From Perkinsus chesapeaki ATCC PRA-425 (lineage: Eukaryota > Protista > Perkinsozoa), in the NCBI GenBank assembly GCA_013115145.1, contig JAAPAO010000001.1, positions 1 to 64,000 on the forward strand: a stretch of DNA of 64,000 bases, given 5' to 3'. Position numbers and translations under genes: made by a program. The notes beneath the pieces are model-generated. The model was not told the origin of the DNA. It saw only the letters and a list, made by a program, of their open reading frames with translations, and did no database searches. Numbering within the stretch: position 1 is the stretch's first letter; every line of letters begins with the position of its first letter. Of the stretch, positions 1 through 12,373 are shown one piece after another.

Positions 1-505
1 CTGTTCTAATCTGAGAGTAATCCTAAGCTTTTCAACATATGAAACTGCCTAGCGGAGCGAAGCGATCGCTACAAGGTGCGGACAGCGGAGCGAAGCGATG
101 CAGGTTTTGATATTTTGGATGTCACGATAGTTGGCATCTGTAAGCTCGACCTGATGGCCTGGATACCTTCTGCTAGTCTATCAATGTTCCCGTATTCCAT
201 GGTTAGAATCTTTAGGGCAACGCAATTTAATCGTCGTATTAAAAGATGCTTCATTGAAAGAGCAATATCAGCCGTTCTATCGGTATGATGATACTATATA
301 GCCTTCTCGCGCCGCTGCCCCATACAATAAGATTCTTCCTGAGTAATATCTCGCAGATCCTGGATAAGCTAAGTGCATGCCCTAGCCTTCGTCCTCTCAT
401 TTGTCTCTCCTTCATTAGCATAGTATCCCTCGTGGGCCACGAGTCGTGGCCCGTGGTATCTTTCTCTAGCTTCATGCTTTTGCCAAAGGGGCTCTCTGAG
501 TTGCA
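1..505 (-). CDS. Hypothetical multi-exon gene, probably running off the window start
   Basis: Open stretches on the minus strand (e.g. ...SMKHLLIRRLNCVALKILTMEYGNIDRLAE) separated by GT..AG candidates; divergent from the PSS start at 539. No family recognised. Confidence 0.25.
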
Positions 506-538
506 TGCTGTCTGACAGCTTATCTACTCGTAACATAT

Positions 539-2051
539 ATGGTCGTTCCCGCAGCTGCCGGCCTGAATGGTGATTCGAAACCGTTCGCCTATCCGATATC
601 CGATGGTACGCAGTCCGTCGTACAACACGGCGTCAACCTGCTAGTTTCGTCTTTGAATTCTTGGTGGTCATCACTAACAGACTTGGACGAGAATGTTATG
701 CGGAAAGTTGAGCTATTCAGTGGTGCAGTCATTGTAGTGTCCCTCAGTGTAGCATATTTGCCCGACCACGGAGTTTTCAAAAGGTAGTAAATCTGGGTTA
801 GGATTCTGTCAATGCTCGGTAATCAGGCCATTCAAGGCTGTCTGGCGTGTAATGCTCGGCCTCGCATTATCTTACTCCATTTTCCTTTCATATCTTCTAA
901 TAAACTATAACAGAGAGGATGCTATGTAATACCAATCGAAATGCTTTTTTATCATGTCCCGTTTTCAGTCACTTCTTGGTTTGGTTGGACCCAAGTCTTG
1001 GTAAACCTCTCCCAGAGAAAAACTATGCCGATAATTGTGAGCTATGGGACTCATCGGCAGCTAATCCGCTACATAACCTTTGGGATAGGGTTGACATATT
1101 CATTGCCTGCCACTTATTTGGTAATATATTGGTAATTGGTACTTGGAACTGTATCAAATATCAGGTTGGATGTGGAAGACTATAATAATAAGGGATGCTG
1201 CACTAGTGTGGTATCTATCTATACTTTTCGAATTTATCGAAATATCATTCCGGCATTTATTACCCAACTTCTACGAATGCTGGTAATATGCTATTCAGTA
1301 AGGGGGCAACATGAGACAGATTTGTTATGTGTTTAGGTGGGACTCTTTGTTATTGGATGTCCTTGGATGTAATGCTTTAGGGATTTGGCTCGGGATGAAA
1401 GTTGTCCGCAAATTAGGACTTGAAGAATACGACTGGGGTAGTACTACATAATACTTTATGATGACTACTACCGTAGTAGTCATCATAAAGTATTATGATG
1501 GACTTGTTTAGGGTTCCCTCGGGGAGGATGGTGGTCGAATCATCGAAAGCTGCTCGTGTTCCTCTTTATGACTATCTTTGTGGAGCTGCTCGATACCACC
1601 CTGTTCTTCATAAAGTACTCTTGTTGGGTACTATTTCGAATAAGTATCTTTCCCAGGTTTGAGCTGTGGATGCCGACATCACACTGGATCCTTATAAGCC
1701 GAACATTCTTTTGGGCTTTCTATGCTCCACCCTGTACCACGTAATACAATTACTATCTTATCATATGGAATGCATGCTTCTTATATTATCAGGGAGCTGT
1801 ACAAGGTCCTCCAGGGGAAACTTGAATCCTTCCCGATATATCTCACGGTCGGTACAATAATACAGTGTCTTGAGCTTGGTCTTTGCATTAAATATGGCAG
1901 AGGTTGGTTTGACTTGTTGATGTCGGAAACTGCCTTCATTACGGCGTGCTCTCTCAGGTGTGTTCAACGAATCAATGCCGAAGAACATTCGTATTTGTTG
2001 GATTATTGTTTGGACGATCGCTATTGGTCGAGCGATACAGTTGCGGATTAG
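539..2051 (+). CDS. PSS: Phosphatidylserine synthase (base-exchange, PTDSS/PSS family), multi-exon
   Basis: Spliced translation gives NYADNCELW..LHNLWDRVDIFIACHLFG/WMWKTIIIRD..SILFEFIEISFRHLLPNFYECW/WDSLLLDVLGCNALGIWLGMK, matching the conserved PSS core (DEF.AHF.GW, NF.ECWWDH...D...CN.LGI). Confidence 0.9.
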
Positions 2052-2764
2052 AGAGAGCAAAACCGCCAAGAATGGCGAGGCTTGTGTAAATACCAATAAG
2101 AAGAATCCTTCTAAAAAATACAATTAAGAGGTTTATTCAGAGGATAACTGTTTCTTGATAACGTTATTATGGTGTTATACTTTACCACATGAATGCACAT
2201 TAATGACGCTGCCATTGGATTGAACAGCGCATGCAGTTGACAACGTACCGCGGCGTGTGCACTGCTATCAGCCTACCTACCGCGTAGCATAAACCGTATA
2301 GGTAGGTAAGGTGAAGGCCGTGGTTAAAACTAGAAACTCAACATCTTTCACGTGATAAATTTTGATGCCTCAAAGCAATGACTAAGTCAATCCCTTCACT
2401 TGTTGTATTTTCACATGCCGATTTATAGTCTACTTGTATAGTAGACTTCTGCTATGTAATATATCATTCGACAGTAATCAAATCGTACATAATCACCAAA
2501 CATAAGACCTATGGAAGAAGTTTAAAGGGATTATACTATGCTTCTATATAGAAGATAAGAAAAATTTGCCGTTAGATTGCTGAGCTCAAGCGAGTGCCTA
2601 CATCACCTGCACAGTAATCTTATTGTGTGACAATAACCAGCGAATACAGTTTGGTGCGATGATGAGATGTTCCGCAGCGGCACGAATCGACACAACAGTA
2701 CGACTGAGAGGCCGCTGCGAAACCTCATGTATAGTTACCATCAGCGACTACATACCATCACGGA

Positions 2765-3484
2765 TTAGCACTGATTCTGTTGTTGCAGATAACCATAGTA
2801 GCAGGTTGTAGACATAGATCTGAGCTCGGGGTATGCTGCTAGTTCATCGAGGAGGTCATATAGTCTTTCTGTTAGTAGCTTATCGACCTCAACATCCTCA
2901 TCATCATTCACGTCTATGTCACGGTACTGAAGAGAATTGTGAGACGACGACGATGACTCTCTCTCGAGAGCGAAAGACATAGTATCAGATGTGGGTGGTG
3001 TTAGCGCCGCCTCAGTAGTAGAAACTCTGAGTTCAGCTTCACCATGTGCATGCCTACAATTCTCCGCCGCCCCGCACTTCCCTCTCAGCCAGAATCTACA
3101 AAGGGACGTTTTGTAGAGGTCGGGGGTGCAGCGGAGCTCTGCTCTACTATGAGCGTAGATGCAGTTTTCGCCTTTAGCACACCTACCAAGGCGATGTTGT
3201 TGACAAAGTTTGGTCTTGCGGAGATCTGGAGCATCTCTAAGCTCACTTTTACCATGGGCGTATGCACACTGTTCTCCATGCCAGCAAAGACCCTGCTGAT
3301 AGAACTTACACAATCGTATCTTAGTGAATGCAGCACGACGTGTACCAAGAGAGCTTCCAGTGCTGCATGAGACCGTACCGCCGGACGAAGTTCTATGCCT
3401 TCTACTGAGTGCTGCAGACGCACCGATACCTTGCGGTGTAGAAGTAGCGGTTACAGGGACGCCGGGAATGAGGTTTGAAGCCAT
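2765..3484 (-). CDS. Tandem CCCH zinc-finger RNA-binding protein (3 fingers)
   Basis: Three C-x7-C-x5-C-x3-H fingers, each led by a K(T/I)xLC motif (KIRLC, KTKLC, KTSLC) and followed by AHG/AHS..EL linkers. The 3' end may be spliced. Confidence 0.9.
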   Translation of the reverse strand: MASNLIPGVPVTATSTPQGIGASAALSRRHRTSSGGTVSCSTGSSLGTRRAAFTKIRLCKFYQQGLCWHGEQCAYAHGKSELRDAPDLRKTKLCQQHRLGRCAKGENCIYAHSRAELRCTPDLYKTSLCRFWLRGKCGAAENCRHAHGEAELRVSTTEAALTPPTSDTMSFALERESSSSSHNSLQYRDIDVNDDEDVEVDKLLTERLYDLLDELAAYPELRSMSTTCYYGYLQQQNQC

Positions 3485-4137
3485 AGGAGAGATACCCAGA
3501 TAAGGTGTGCGCTTTGTGCTTGCCGAGGGGAACTACAGCGCAGCGGCACCCCACCTGGGCGAGCGAGAACCGTACACATCAGAATAACCAGCTGGAACGA
3601 GTATCGAGTCTACCTTATCTCGCCATTGAGACTTAGTAGATAGAATAAACCTCCTTGAGCTGATGAGATACCAAAAAACTCGCCCGATATCAAGTTACAC
3701 TAATCATCATTTGTGCACGCGTGCGCACAGGTATCAGATCCGCATCTTAACAACACGCGAAGGCCCCTCTTGCACGTGTTGGAAAAGCCTTAAACTTCCT
3801 GAGCGTCTGATACTGTATCTTTCGTCAGGCACGCTTGCTAACAACAAACTGTGTTCCACATACACAAGTTGGTGCTCAGAGCATACGCTCGATCGTGACC
3901 GTTCTAGCGACAGGTAGGAGACAACAGAACAAACCAAAGCGTGACGCGGGTTTTTTGGGAACTTACTTGTTTCTGAATACTTTAAAGGAAGTACTGAGTG
4001 TAACTGGTGCAACGCAAAATAGAATGGGGTAACCAGATGCATCACAAATCACTGAGGACAAGTGCGCGAGGACAAGACAACAGTTGGTGGACAAAAACCG
4101 TGACAAGTTGCTTCATTGGCAGTGAATTGCAAATCTA

Positions 4138-7100
4138 TTAAGATAGCTCACCAATGTTCCAACCATCATCACACCACCTAAGAAAAACAATATAATAACA
4201 ACTTACCTTTAACAAATACTGACAACTTACCAAGTCGACAAATTCTGGCACCTGCGCTTGGACGATCCCTTTGTGAAGTGCTGCCGCTGTGATTGGATCT
4301 TGACAAACATCATCAGCGAAGGAGCAACCACGTGTAAAGGAATAGAGCATATGAGCGGCTATGTGCGGCACATCCATAGGCACCTACAAGAACAACGTAG
4401 AGGCGTATTTAAGGCCAATTTAACGTACCAGATGCCCAGCTTGGTTTATAACAACATGGGTAAGAGAACCGACTTCCACGAACCCGCCAACCTACCGCCG
4501 ATATGCATTAATATCAAACGGCCACCTTACTATTTCCTCGACGTATTTCTCCTCAGAAGGCTGTTTCCCATTCGCCCCCTCGGTTGACGGTAACATCTTA
4601 GAGACCTTCTTGTTCTTAATTGACCATGGCCTCCGCTTTGTTGCCTTAAATTCATCGATGAGATTCCACTCCATATTAACTGCACAGTAACGCTGGTGCC
4701 TAAGCCCCTCTGCACCGACCTCTCTGCCTACGCATCCATCTGGCTGTCCCTATCATATTGCAATCCATATCGTACATCCCGTTATAAAGCAACGTTCGTG
4801 TTCCATTTTGAAGCAGCTGCGTGTATAGGTGAGTTGCTGGCCTTTGCTCCCAACCACCAAGGATGTAACTGACCACCCAACAAGTCCATCATTTCCAATT
4901 CCCTCAATCCTACGCTATTGCGGAGTTGTCCTCGGACCATGGCCCTGCTCTTGAGTCTACATTCATGGCAGTGAGGACCTCAGGCCGACGGAGGTACCTT
5001 AAAAAGAGGAGGGCGGATAAACCACAAAGTCGGAGCTGTACCGGCAGCCTATGTGCATCAAATGCAGGCGTCAAGTAGCACAGAGCCGTGGTAGCCAAAC
5101 CCAACTTACTCAGTTAAAACAGCATTGTCATAGTCACCATAAACTCTCACATCGTACCTACCAACAATAGCTTCATAGTGGAGCGAAGTAATAACGTACA
5201 TGTTGGCTCGACTGTTATTAACAATATGCTCTTCTATGCGCGAACAGACATCATTTGCCCTACGCCAGTCGTCAGGCCTGAGGAGGAGGGGCGATGAGCA
5301 TGGAAGCAACTTCTCCTTGTCCTACGTAATGATATCATTTAAAGCTTCAAGGCACTCCTGTTCGAGCCTCTCAACATCCTTAGTATCGGGGCTGTTAATT
5401 AGGCCATGCTGGAACCTATTATAAACCCATATCCTACCCCCGACCCTCTCCCGATGCCTACGCGAATTCTTTATATGTCATCTGTTGGGTCGGCGGATCC
5501 ACCCAACCATCGCCAACTCCAACGCCTTGAAGGTTTATCCAAGAATGACGCTCCCGAATGTCTACGGCCAACTCTGGAACGTATCTGAAACGGTCGCTCC
5601 CGTGCTGGCATATCTACGACACTCGAAATGCACTACGTAGGGTGTACAGTACTACAGAGATACGTTCGGCTGCCCCCGACATTTATGCGACAGGGCACCA
5701 AGTTCGCAAGGTGCTCAATGATCTCAAGGGTAATCATAAAATACTGCGGGCCTTTGCATGTGGACAAATCCGAGTTTATCTTCACATGCCAGTCTAAAGC
5801 TGGGCAATTTCGAGGGAAAGTACCGAGGCCACAGATAACGTAGTGCCCAGACACTACTGGGGAGACCCCACGCTTTCTCAACGTACTGGGCGAAGCACGA
5901 CTCGTCGAACGGCGCTAGGTGGCCGAGGAACGAAACGAAGGTGCTCCCACCGACGTACGAGTAGAGTATTGTGGGGATCCAAACCCCTGAAGTGGTGTAT
6001 ACCAAGTTTAAGGATAGGTGCTATGGAGGAACGCTTTTAAGTAGTGTGGGCGAATGTCATTCCCTTATATTACTTTCCACCATACGATTCGCCAAAGACA
6101 AAAAATGGAAGGTCTTTAAGTGACGGGAAGTAACTTCGTAATAGAAGGCTTATCTAAAAAAGGTAAGAAATACGGCAATGGTGAACACCAGTGCAGTGAG
6201 GCGGTGCAATACGGAGCAAAGCAAACTGGAAGATGTTACGTAAAAATAAGTAGCTTGTAAAATCCTAACCTCTCGGAAAAACCGAAGTCCCCAAAAAGCG
6301 CAATATAACTTTATTTTGTTAGCAAGGCGAAGCATCATATGACAAGGTCGATAAGAAGACAAGGTTGAGCGAAAAAAGTAATTCCACGCGCACAACTGCA
6401 ACGCATGTTACAAAATTCATGTGATGACAACCAGGATACCCCTACTACCGAATCGCCAAGGTTTTGTATAGCCTCCTCCTCGCTTTCTGGCAGACACTTA
6501 TCATCAGTTACGAAACTCATACCGACAGGTGCTGGCTGATCAACGACAATATACCTGACAAAGCTCATAGGCCGTCATCCCCAGGCAGTCCTACGTAGCA
6601 TTGTTGTGCCAGGAGAATTCATTTCTGACGAATGCTCCGTCGCTCTGTACCGCTGTTACAGGGCCATTTTCAAGGAAGAATCCGATGAGGCCAGAGGTAC
6701 CGGGGCCACCCTACAGAAGCACACTACCTTACTAGCGCGAGGCTCTCTTGACCGACCTGTAACCACAAAACTACAGGGTCGGTCCGCGGATCGTTGGCAC
6801 TCGGTACAAGGATGAAATATATAGCCGTAACACCTATGAGCGGAATTACGCTGTGTTGATGCCCATGCAATGGTACATTGACTTTTGCTTTTGTAGAGTG
6901 GTAGGTAGCCTCCTTGTGTGCCATTCGGTAAGGGTTGTCGATATCTAGCAAGAGATGGTCAGAAGTTTTCGAACGAGCTTTTACCCAGGCAATGCTGTGA
7001 TGGGCCCGAAGCCCGGCAAGGAGTTGGGATCTGATGGTCTAACGTTATTCTTTGGAGCTCCGAATGCCAGCGAAGACAAGACGGTCGTCAGGAACAAGAT

Positions 7101-7163
7101 GCTAGATAAATGGGCCAGAAACGACGGCCGCGGCCGTCTCGATGAGGGGAGAACAAATGACAT
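4138..7163 (-). CDS. Secreted serine carboxypeptidase (family S10), many introns
   Basis: Signal peptide (LSSILFLTTVLSSLAFG), DPVVLWLQ/GGPGTSG, YIVVDQPAPVGMSF, catalytic GESYGG (about 6080), LLYNGMYDMDC (Asp) and AGHL/VPMDVP (His). The 3' end is uncertain; further exons may extend to about 3870. Confidence 0.9.
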
Positions 7164-7360
7164 AGACGGAAATTAAGTTCAGAACTAGTAAGATATAATG
7201 GTCCACCTGATTGTTGACGGGCCTTCGTCGGCAGTATTAAACTTGCTCACTTGCGCAATCTTGCTCTTTCCTTGTTTTGTCCGCGCGTTCACCTTGCAAA
7301 TGGTACTGTTAAGTGGTTCGGTGGTGAGGATGTTATTGTATTTAGGTTGATTGTAGTTAT

Positions 7361-7908
7361 ATGTCAGCTGCAGTCCACTCTCAGACGTGCTTCTTGTGTA
7401 ATGAAGCTGGGCATTTTGCAAGGAATTGCCCTCAGCGATTCGAGGATGATATGGTAACAGTAGTCGGCCTCGGGCCAATCAGTTAGTGTTATTATTAGCA
7501 TTCCCGCCGTCGTCCACAGAACTGCTATAACTGTGGCCAACCAGACCATCTAGCTAGAGACTGCCCTAATGAACAAACTAATGAAAGGCCGTGCTTCAAG
7601 TGCCAGAAAGTCGGACATTTTGCAAGGTAAGACCATCGGCCATCGTTTATCTGATCGCGGACGTTTTAGAGATTGCCCTTCGGCCGATACAAGGAATTGC
7701 TTCCGTTGCGGCCAACCTGGTCATCTTGCCAGAGAGTGCCCAAACGACGAGAACGGCAATGACAATAATCGTCGTGAGTCGTGAAAACAAGAGTGCTTCT
7801 GAATTGCTGTCAGGCGGTGGTGCTGCTGGTGGTGGTGGTGGTGGTGGTAGGAACTGTTTCCATTGCGGCCAGCCTGGTCATCTGGCACGCAACTGTCCGG
7901 CACATTAA
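7361..7908 (+). CDS. CNBP-like protein with five CCHC zinc knuckles
   Basis: Spliced product MSAAVHSQTCFLCNEAGHFARNCP..NCYNCGQPDHLARDCP..PCFKCQKVGHFARDCP..NCFRCGQPGHLARECP..Gly-rich..NCFHCGQPGHLARNCP; three introns. Confidence 0.92.
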
Positions 7909-8089
7909 GTCAATATTAACGAGTTGCCTTATTGTCTCTGTCATACAAGTTTCATGAGTACATGCGATAGTTGATTTTGTATGTTGTTTAAATGGAGTAT
8001 TGAGTAACGGATAACAACAGTGGCCTTGTCGTGCCTACTTAATGCACTAAAGACTACGACAGCTTGCATGACCTCACAGTGAAGCTGCA

Positions 8090-8562
8090 CGTCATGCTAC
8101 AATGCTGAAGTTAGACATCCCGACCGCTGGAAATATCGAAAATATCTTCTCGCCAAAACCCTCAGGTGGGATGACAACAATCTAAAGTCCAATACAATCA
8201 TGGGCTACCGTGACGTGTGTACACACAATAGTTCAGCGAGAGAGTAAGACCCTCGACACTTCGAGCTTGCAAAGTAGATGATCAGCCGCAAAACAGATGT
8301 ACAACCCAAGATTGATGATACCTTTGAACTGGAACCTGCCGCGATGTATATTGATATAACACAACTAGTAGATTATACTGAATTGTACCAGTAATGGAAT
8401 GAAAGAAAACATACCACTCAAAAAAGGCGGTGCGGTAGAAATGATAGCCATGATGACCGAAAGGACAACAATTGCCCAAAGGTCAACAATAGCATCATAA
8501 TCTTTCAACTACATAATACTCATCAAGCACACACCAGTGCAGCTAGGATCCTCAATAACCAT
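8090..8562 (-). CDS. Small hypothetical membrane protein, multi-exon
   Basis: Hydrophobic exons (DYDAIVDLWAIVVLSVIMAIISTAPPFLS; FQFKGIINLGLYICFAAD) bounded by GT/AG sites; no family recognised. Confidence 0.3.
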
Positions 8563-8709
8563 AAGGGAAACCGTTAACACTCCCACACTGTATTATCGAC
8601 TTAGTCGTTTTGGAAGAGGGAGTTGCTGTTGAACAGTGAGGACCATGGATAGCATTAGGAAGTTGGTGTATAACGAGACGGAGACTATGAGTGGTAGGCA
8701 GCGCGTTCT

Positions 8710-9196
8710 TTACATAGAGAGAACATCGACCTGGATTCTGCTAAGCTCGGGCTTGACATCCAACACACGCTCGACCATGTACTTGACAGTGGCCTTGCAG
8801 TTCTTGTCGTAGGAAGCGCGGATGGCTTGAATATCGGCCTGAGTCTGCTTAGCGAGCTCCTCGTCCTCGCCACCGGAAGTGCTCTGGAGAGCCTGAACAA
8901 AGATACAGTAGGAAAGGAACAATGAGAGGAGAGAGCTGAGATTATTAGCAAGGGCAACTTACGGCATAGTCACGGTTGAACTTGTCCTCCTCCTTTTGAC
9001 GGAAAGAGGCGACCTCCTCCTGAGCGGCAGACTTGGCCTCACGGAGCTTCTTAGTCCTGAAGGGAAACGGTACAAAAAGATACTCACGAGGTTGATACAC
9101 CTACCTGTTGTCTCTGGCGCGGCTGACATAGGTATCGGCCTCCTGCTCAGCCTTCAAAAGCTGCTGAATGAGTTGCTGGGACTGCTGACTGGCCAT
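8710..9196 (-). CDS. ATP6V1G: V-type H+-ATPase subunit G
   Basis: MASQQSQQLIQQLLKAEQEADTYVSRARDNR/TKKLREAKSAAQEEVASFRQKEE... carries the typical IQQLL.AE..A...V..AR..R..RL..AK.EA..E signature; two introns. Confidence 0.92.
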
Positions 9197-9590
9197 GATG
9201 ATTGAGTAGAGGGTTGTTCGTAAAACTACCAGTTAAACTGAAGCTTAAATATGGACGGGAAGCAAAGCAAGTACGAAGCTACGGGCTAAGAACAACGACT
9301 GGCCCATCACAGAAGGAGCGTTACAAGGCTACTAGGGGAAGCCATGTCTAAAGACATGCTCATGAGGTTATAGTACACAGAAGTTGAGCTACTAAAGTGA
9401 TTAGATGAGATACATGAACCGCTACAGTGTGACTTTCGGGCCAGGCTGCGTTGTCTTAGGCTGCAGCTTAACGCTACACTTGCCATCTTGCACAATCTTA
9501 CATTTCCTCAACGTACTTGGATGTCGTTGTCGGTTGTTGCCGCATTCTCCTCCTCCTCCCTACCGCTGAACTTAGGATAACTCATTTAAT

Positions 9591-12049
9591 ATGTCTTCTT
9601 CTGGACCTACCACTGCCACACAGCAGACCGCTTCTAATAAGGGAGATATCCGTTTGGATAATTCGAAGACTCGCGACGTTCGTGCATCAAACATTATAGC
9701 GGCCAAAGCAGTAGCAGATGCAGTGAGGACTAGTCTTGGCCCTAGGGGTACTAAGATATTTTGAAACTTAACTTGGGCTCGCCTTGTTAAAATAACACAT
9801 ATTGCGCAGAATTGACGTGCCGTCGTACAGCGTTCGGAAATGCTTTCACTCAGGCATGGACAAGATGATCCAAGATGGATCTGGCGAAGTGGTCATCACT
9901 AACGATGGTGCTACTATTCTCAAGGAGGTGGGATAATAATAGTAACCGACGAAGAGTTATTGGGTTACTCAGATGTCTGTCCTCCATCCCACCGCTAAGA
10001 TGCTTGTTGAGCTTTCAAAGAGCCAAGATATCGAAGCCGGAGATGGTATTAGGCTGCCGTCGAACTTGTCATCATCCTCGTAGGTACGACTTCTGTCGTT
10101 GTTATTGCTGGTGCCCTGCTCGGTGCTGCCCAGAATGTAAGGAACAATAGGAGCTGTTGTTAGAACGCCACCCCACCTTAGCTTTTGGAACGTGGTATTC
10201 ACCCTAATACGATCAGCGATGGTTTCCTATTGGCCGCTCACAAGGCTGAGACCATATTGGAGGATATGAGTATACCTATCAGTCTGGATGACAGGGAGAG
10301 CCTTATTACCAGTGCCAGTAGGGGGATGACAAACTCATCAACGATTTAATGGCATACATGTTGGCAGGCACCTCTCTCAACTCGAAGGTTGTCGCTCAGT
10401 CCGCAAGCCTTCTCGCTCCTATGGCCGTCGATGCGGTAGGCTCTTACCTGCCAATACTTCTCATACCATATTCCGGTTGGATCAGGTTATGAAGGTGGCC
10501 GAGATGCCCGAAGACCCCAAGCAAGGCGGCACCGTCGATCTCAACGATGTGAGGGAATATTCTCAGAAATCGGATTTATGTATCCATCATAGGTTCGTAT
10601 TTGCCGTAAGCTCGGTGGTACTATCGATGACTCTGAGCTGGTCGACGGTCTGGTAATGAGCCAGAAGGTTGCCAAGGTTGCTGGAGGTATGCGTCAGTGG
10701 TGGGGTGGTTCGATGGGGACGGGTTTACGGCTCAGGCCCCACCAAGGTGGAGAACGCTAAAATTGGATTGATCCAGTTCTGCTTGTCGCCGCCTAAGACT
10801 GATATGGAGAACAGCGTTACTGTTAACGATTATGCTCAAATGGACCGTAATACAAGGTCGAACCTAATGGGGGGGAGCTAGTTGGTGGCAGGCATTCTTA
10901 GAGAGGAGCGAGTTCAATTGGCTAAGATGGTTAAGCACATTGCTAAGACCGGGTGCAACGTAAGAGCAACGACAGCTGCTGCTGCTGTTGGAAAGGCGGT
11001 GGCCTTTTTAGGTTTTATTGGTCCAAAAGTCTATCCTCCGTGACGCCGTCACAAACCTCAGTCTAGACTTCTGTGCTAAGGCGAAGATCCTTGTGGTAGG
11101 TCAAGGCTGCTGATGAGGTTGTTGTATCGGGAAGGGTGGTCGCTGGTAGGTGAGGGACGTCGAGCGCGATGACATCGACTATCTCTCGCGTATCCTGGGT
11201 TGTGAGCCTGTTGCCAGCCTAAACGAATTCACTAAGGACAAGCTTGGTGAGGCTAAGTTGGTGTAAGTGTGGCATTTGTGGGAGACATTGATTGTGAAGT
11301 GGTCTACTGTAGCCGCGAAGAGCCCCTCGGATCTGGTCTCGGTACCATCATCCGATTCACTGGCCTACCGAAGCTCAATACGTCCAAATGCGTATCGATT
11401 TTGTTAAGAGGAACCAATCAATTGGTAGTAGTATGGCATAAGTTGCTGAAAAGCCCTCTGTTGTATTAGACTCTCGACGAGGCCGAGAGATCCCTCCACG
11501 ATGCCCTGTGTGTGGTTCGATCCCTTGTGAAGAAGCCAGCCGTCCTCCCTGGTGGTGGAAGTGTTGAGATGGAGCTTAGTGTAGGCTTGGTTGACATTAC
11601 CAGCAGCTATGATTCAAGTATCTTAGGTACGATTAAGTCAATGGACCAGACGTGAATTGAAGGGCGTTGAGGCCTACTGTGTCCGAGCCTTCGCTGAAGC
11701 TCTCGAGATCATCCCCTACACTCTAGCCGAGAATGCAGGTTTGGCACCGGTGGAGATTGTCACTCAATTACGTAATAATGGCGGGAATGCATTTAGTCTG
11801 CAGCAGTAATGTGGCAGGTGCCGCTCATGCTGACGGGTCCAAGTTCGCCGGTATTGATGTAAGAAAGGGCAAGGTAGAGAAGGACATGGCTAAGAATTTA
11901 AAGGTAAGATTAAATGCCTTACCCGAGGATCGAACCTGGATCTGTTATAGGTCCTACAGCCTTTGTTGGTATCGTTGAGCGCCATCCGTGGTGCTTCGGA
12001 GACCGTCCGAATGATCCTTAAGATAGATGATCTGGTATACACTCGTTAA
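9591..12049 (+). CDS. CCT4: T-complex protein 1 subunit delta (CCT4), 16 introns
   Basis: [100 protein letters not shown]. The spliced frame is continuous through 16 GT-AG introns. Confidence 0.97.
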
Positions 12050-12223
12050 TAGGGTGGTGATGATGCTCGTAACGTAGTAGTAGAGGTGGCGGCCTCCGCG
12101 GCCTTGGTTTCCATTATCGATAATAAAAGACACTTGTGACCAACTGCGCTTAGTGTTGTTGTGTTATTGTCCCCTAATTCATAATATCTGTTAGTAGTAG
12201 CCCCTTATCAAAGCCTCACTTTA

Positions 12224-12241
12224 CTGCTGCTGCTGCTGCTG
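12224..12241 (+). repeat. (CTG)6 microsatellite in intergenic/5' region
   Basis: ctgctgctgctgctgctg read directly from the sequence. Confidence 0.9.
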
Positions 12242-12373
12242 TTATTGTCATACATACCAATAACATTGACAAGATCAGCAGCTATTTGTCTCTAACCTCA
12301 AACTACTTGTTGCCATCGTTGCTGCTCGTCGTCATCATCGTCATTATCATCCTTTATATCATCAACCCTCTCT

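Noticed and set aside
51-99. 16-bp direct repeat AGCGGAGCGAAGCGAT (51-66 and 84-99)
   Set aside because: Only two copies with a 17-bp spacer, probably a local duplication near a splice acceptor; not a CRISPR array or a target-site duplication of any recognisable element.
5278-5325. In-frame TAG between two coding stretches of the S10 gene, suggesting stop-codon reassignment or readthrough
   Set aside because: Fully explained by a canonical 48-nt GT-AG intron; the CCT4, GST and RPA2 models also need only the standard code.
7297-7320. GTVKWF cold-shock-domain motif upstream of the zinc-knuckle gene (would suggest a Lin28/plant CSP-like protein)
   Set aside because: It is in a different frame from the knuckles, the rest of the CSD (GFGFI, VFVH) is absent, and it overlaps a probable 5'-UTR intron donor.
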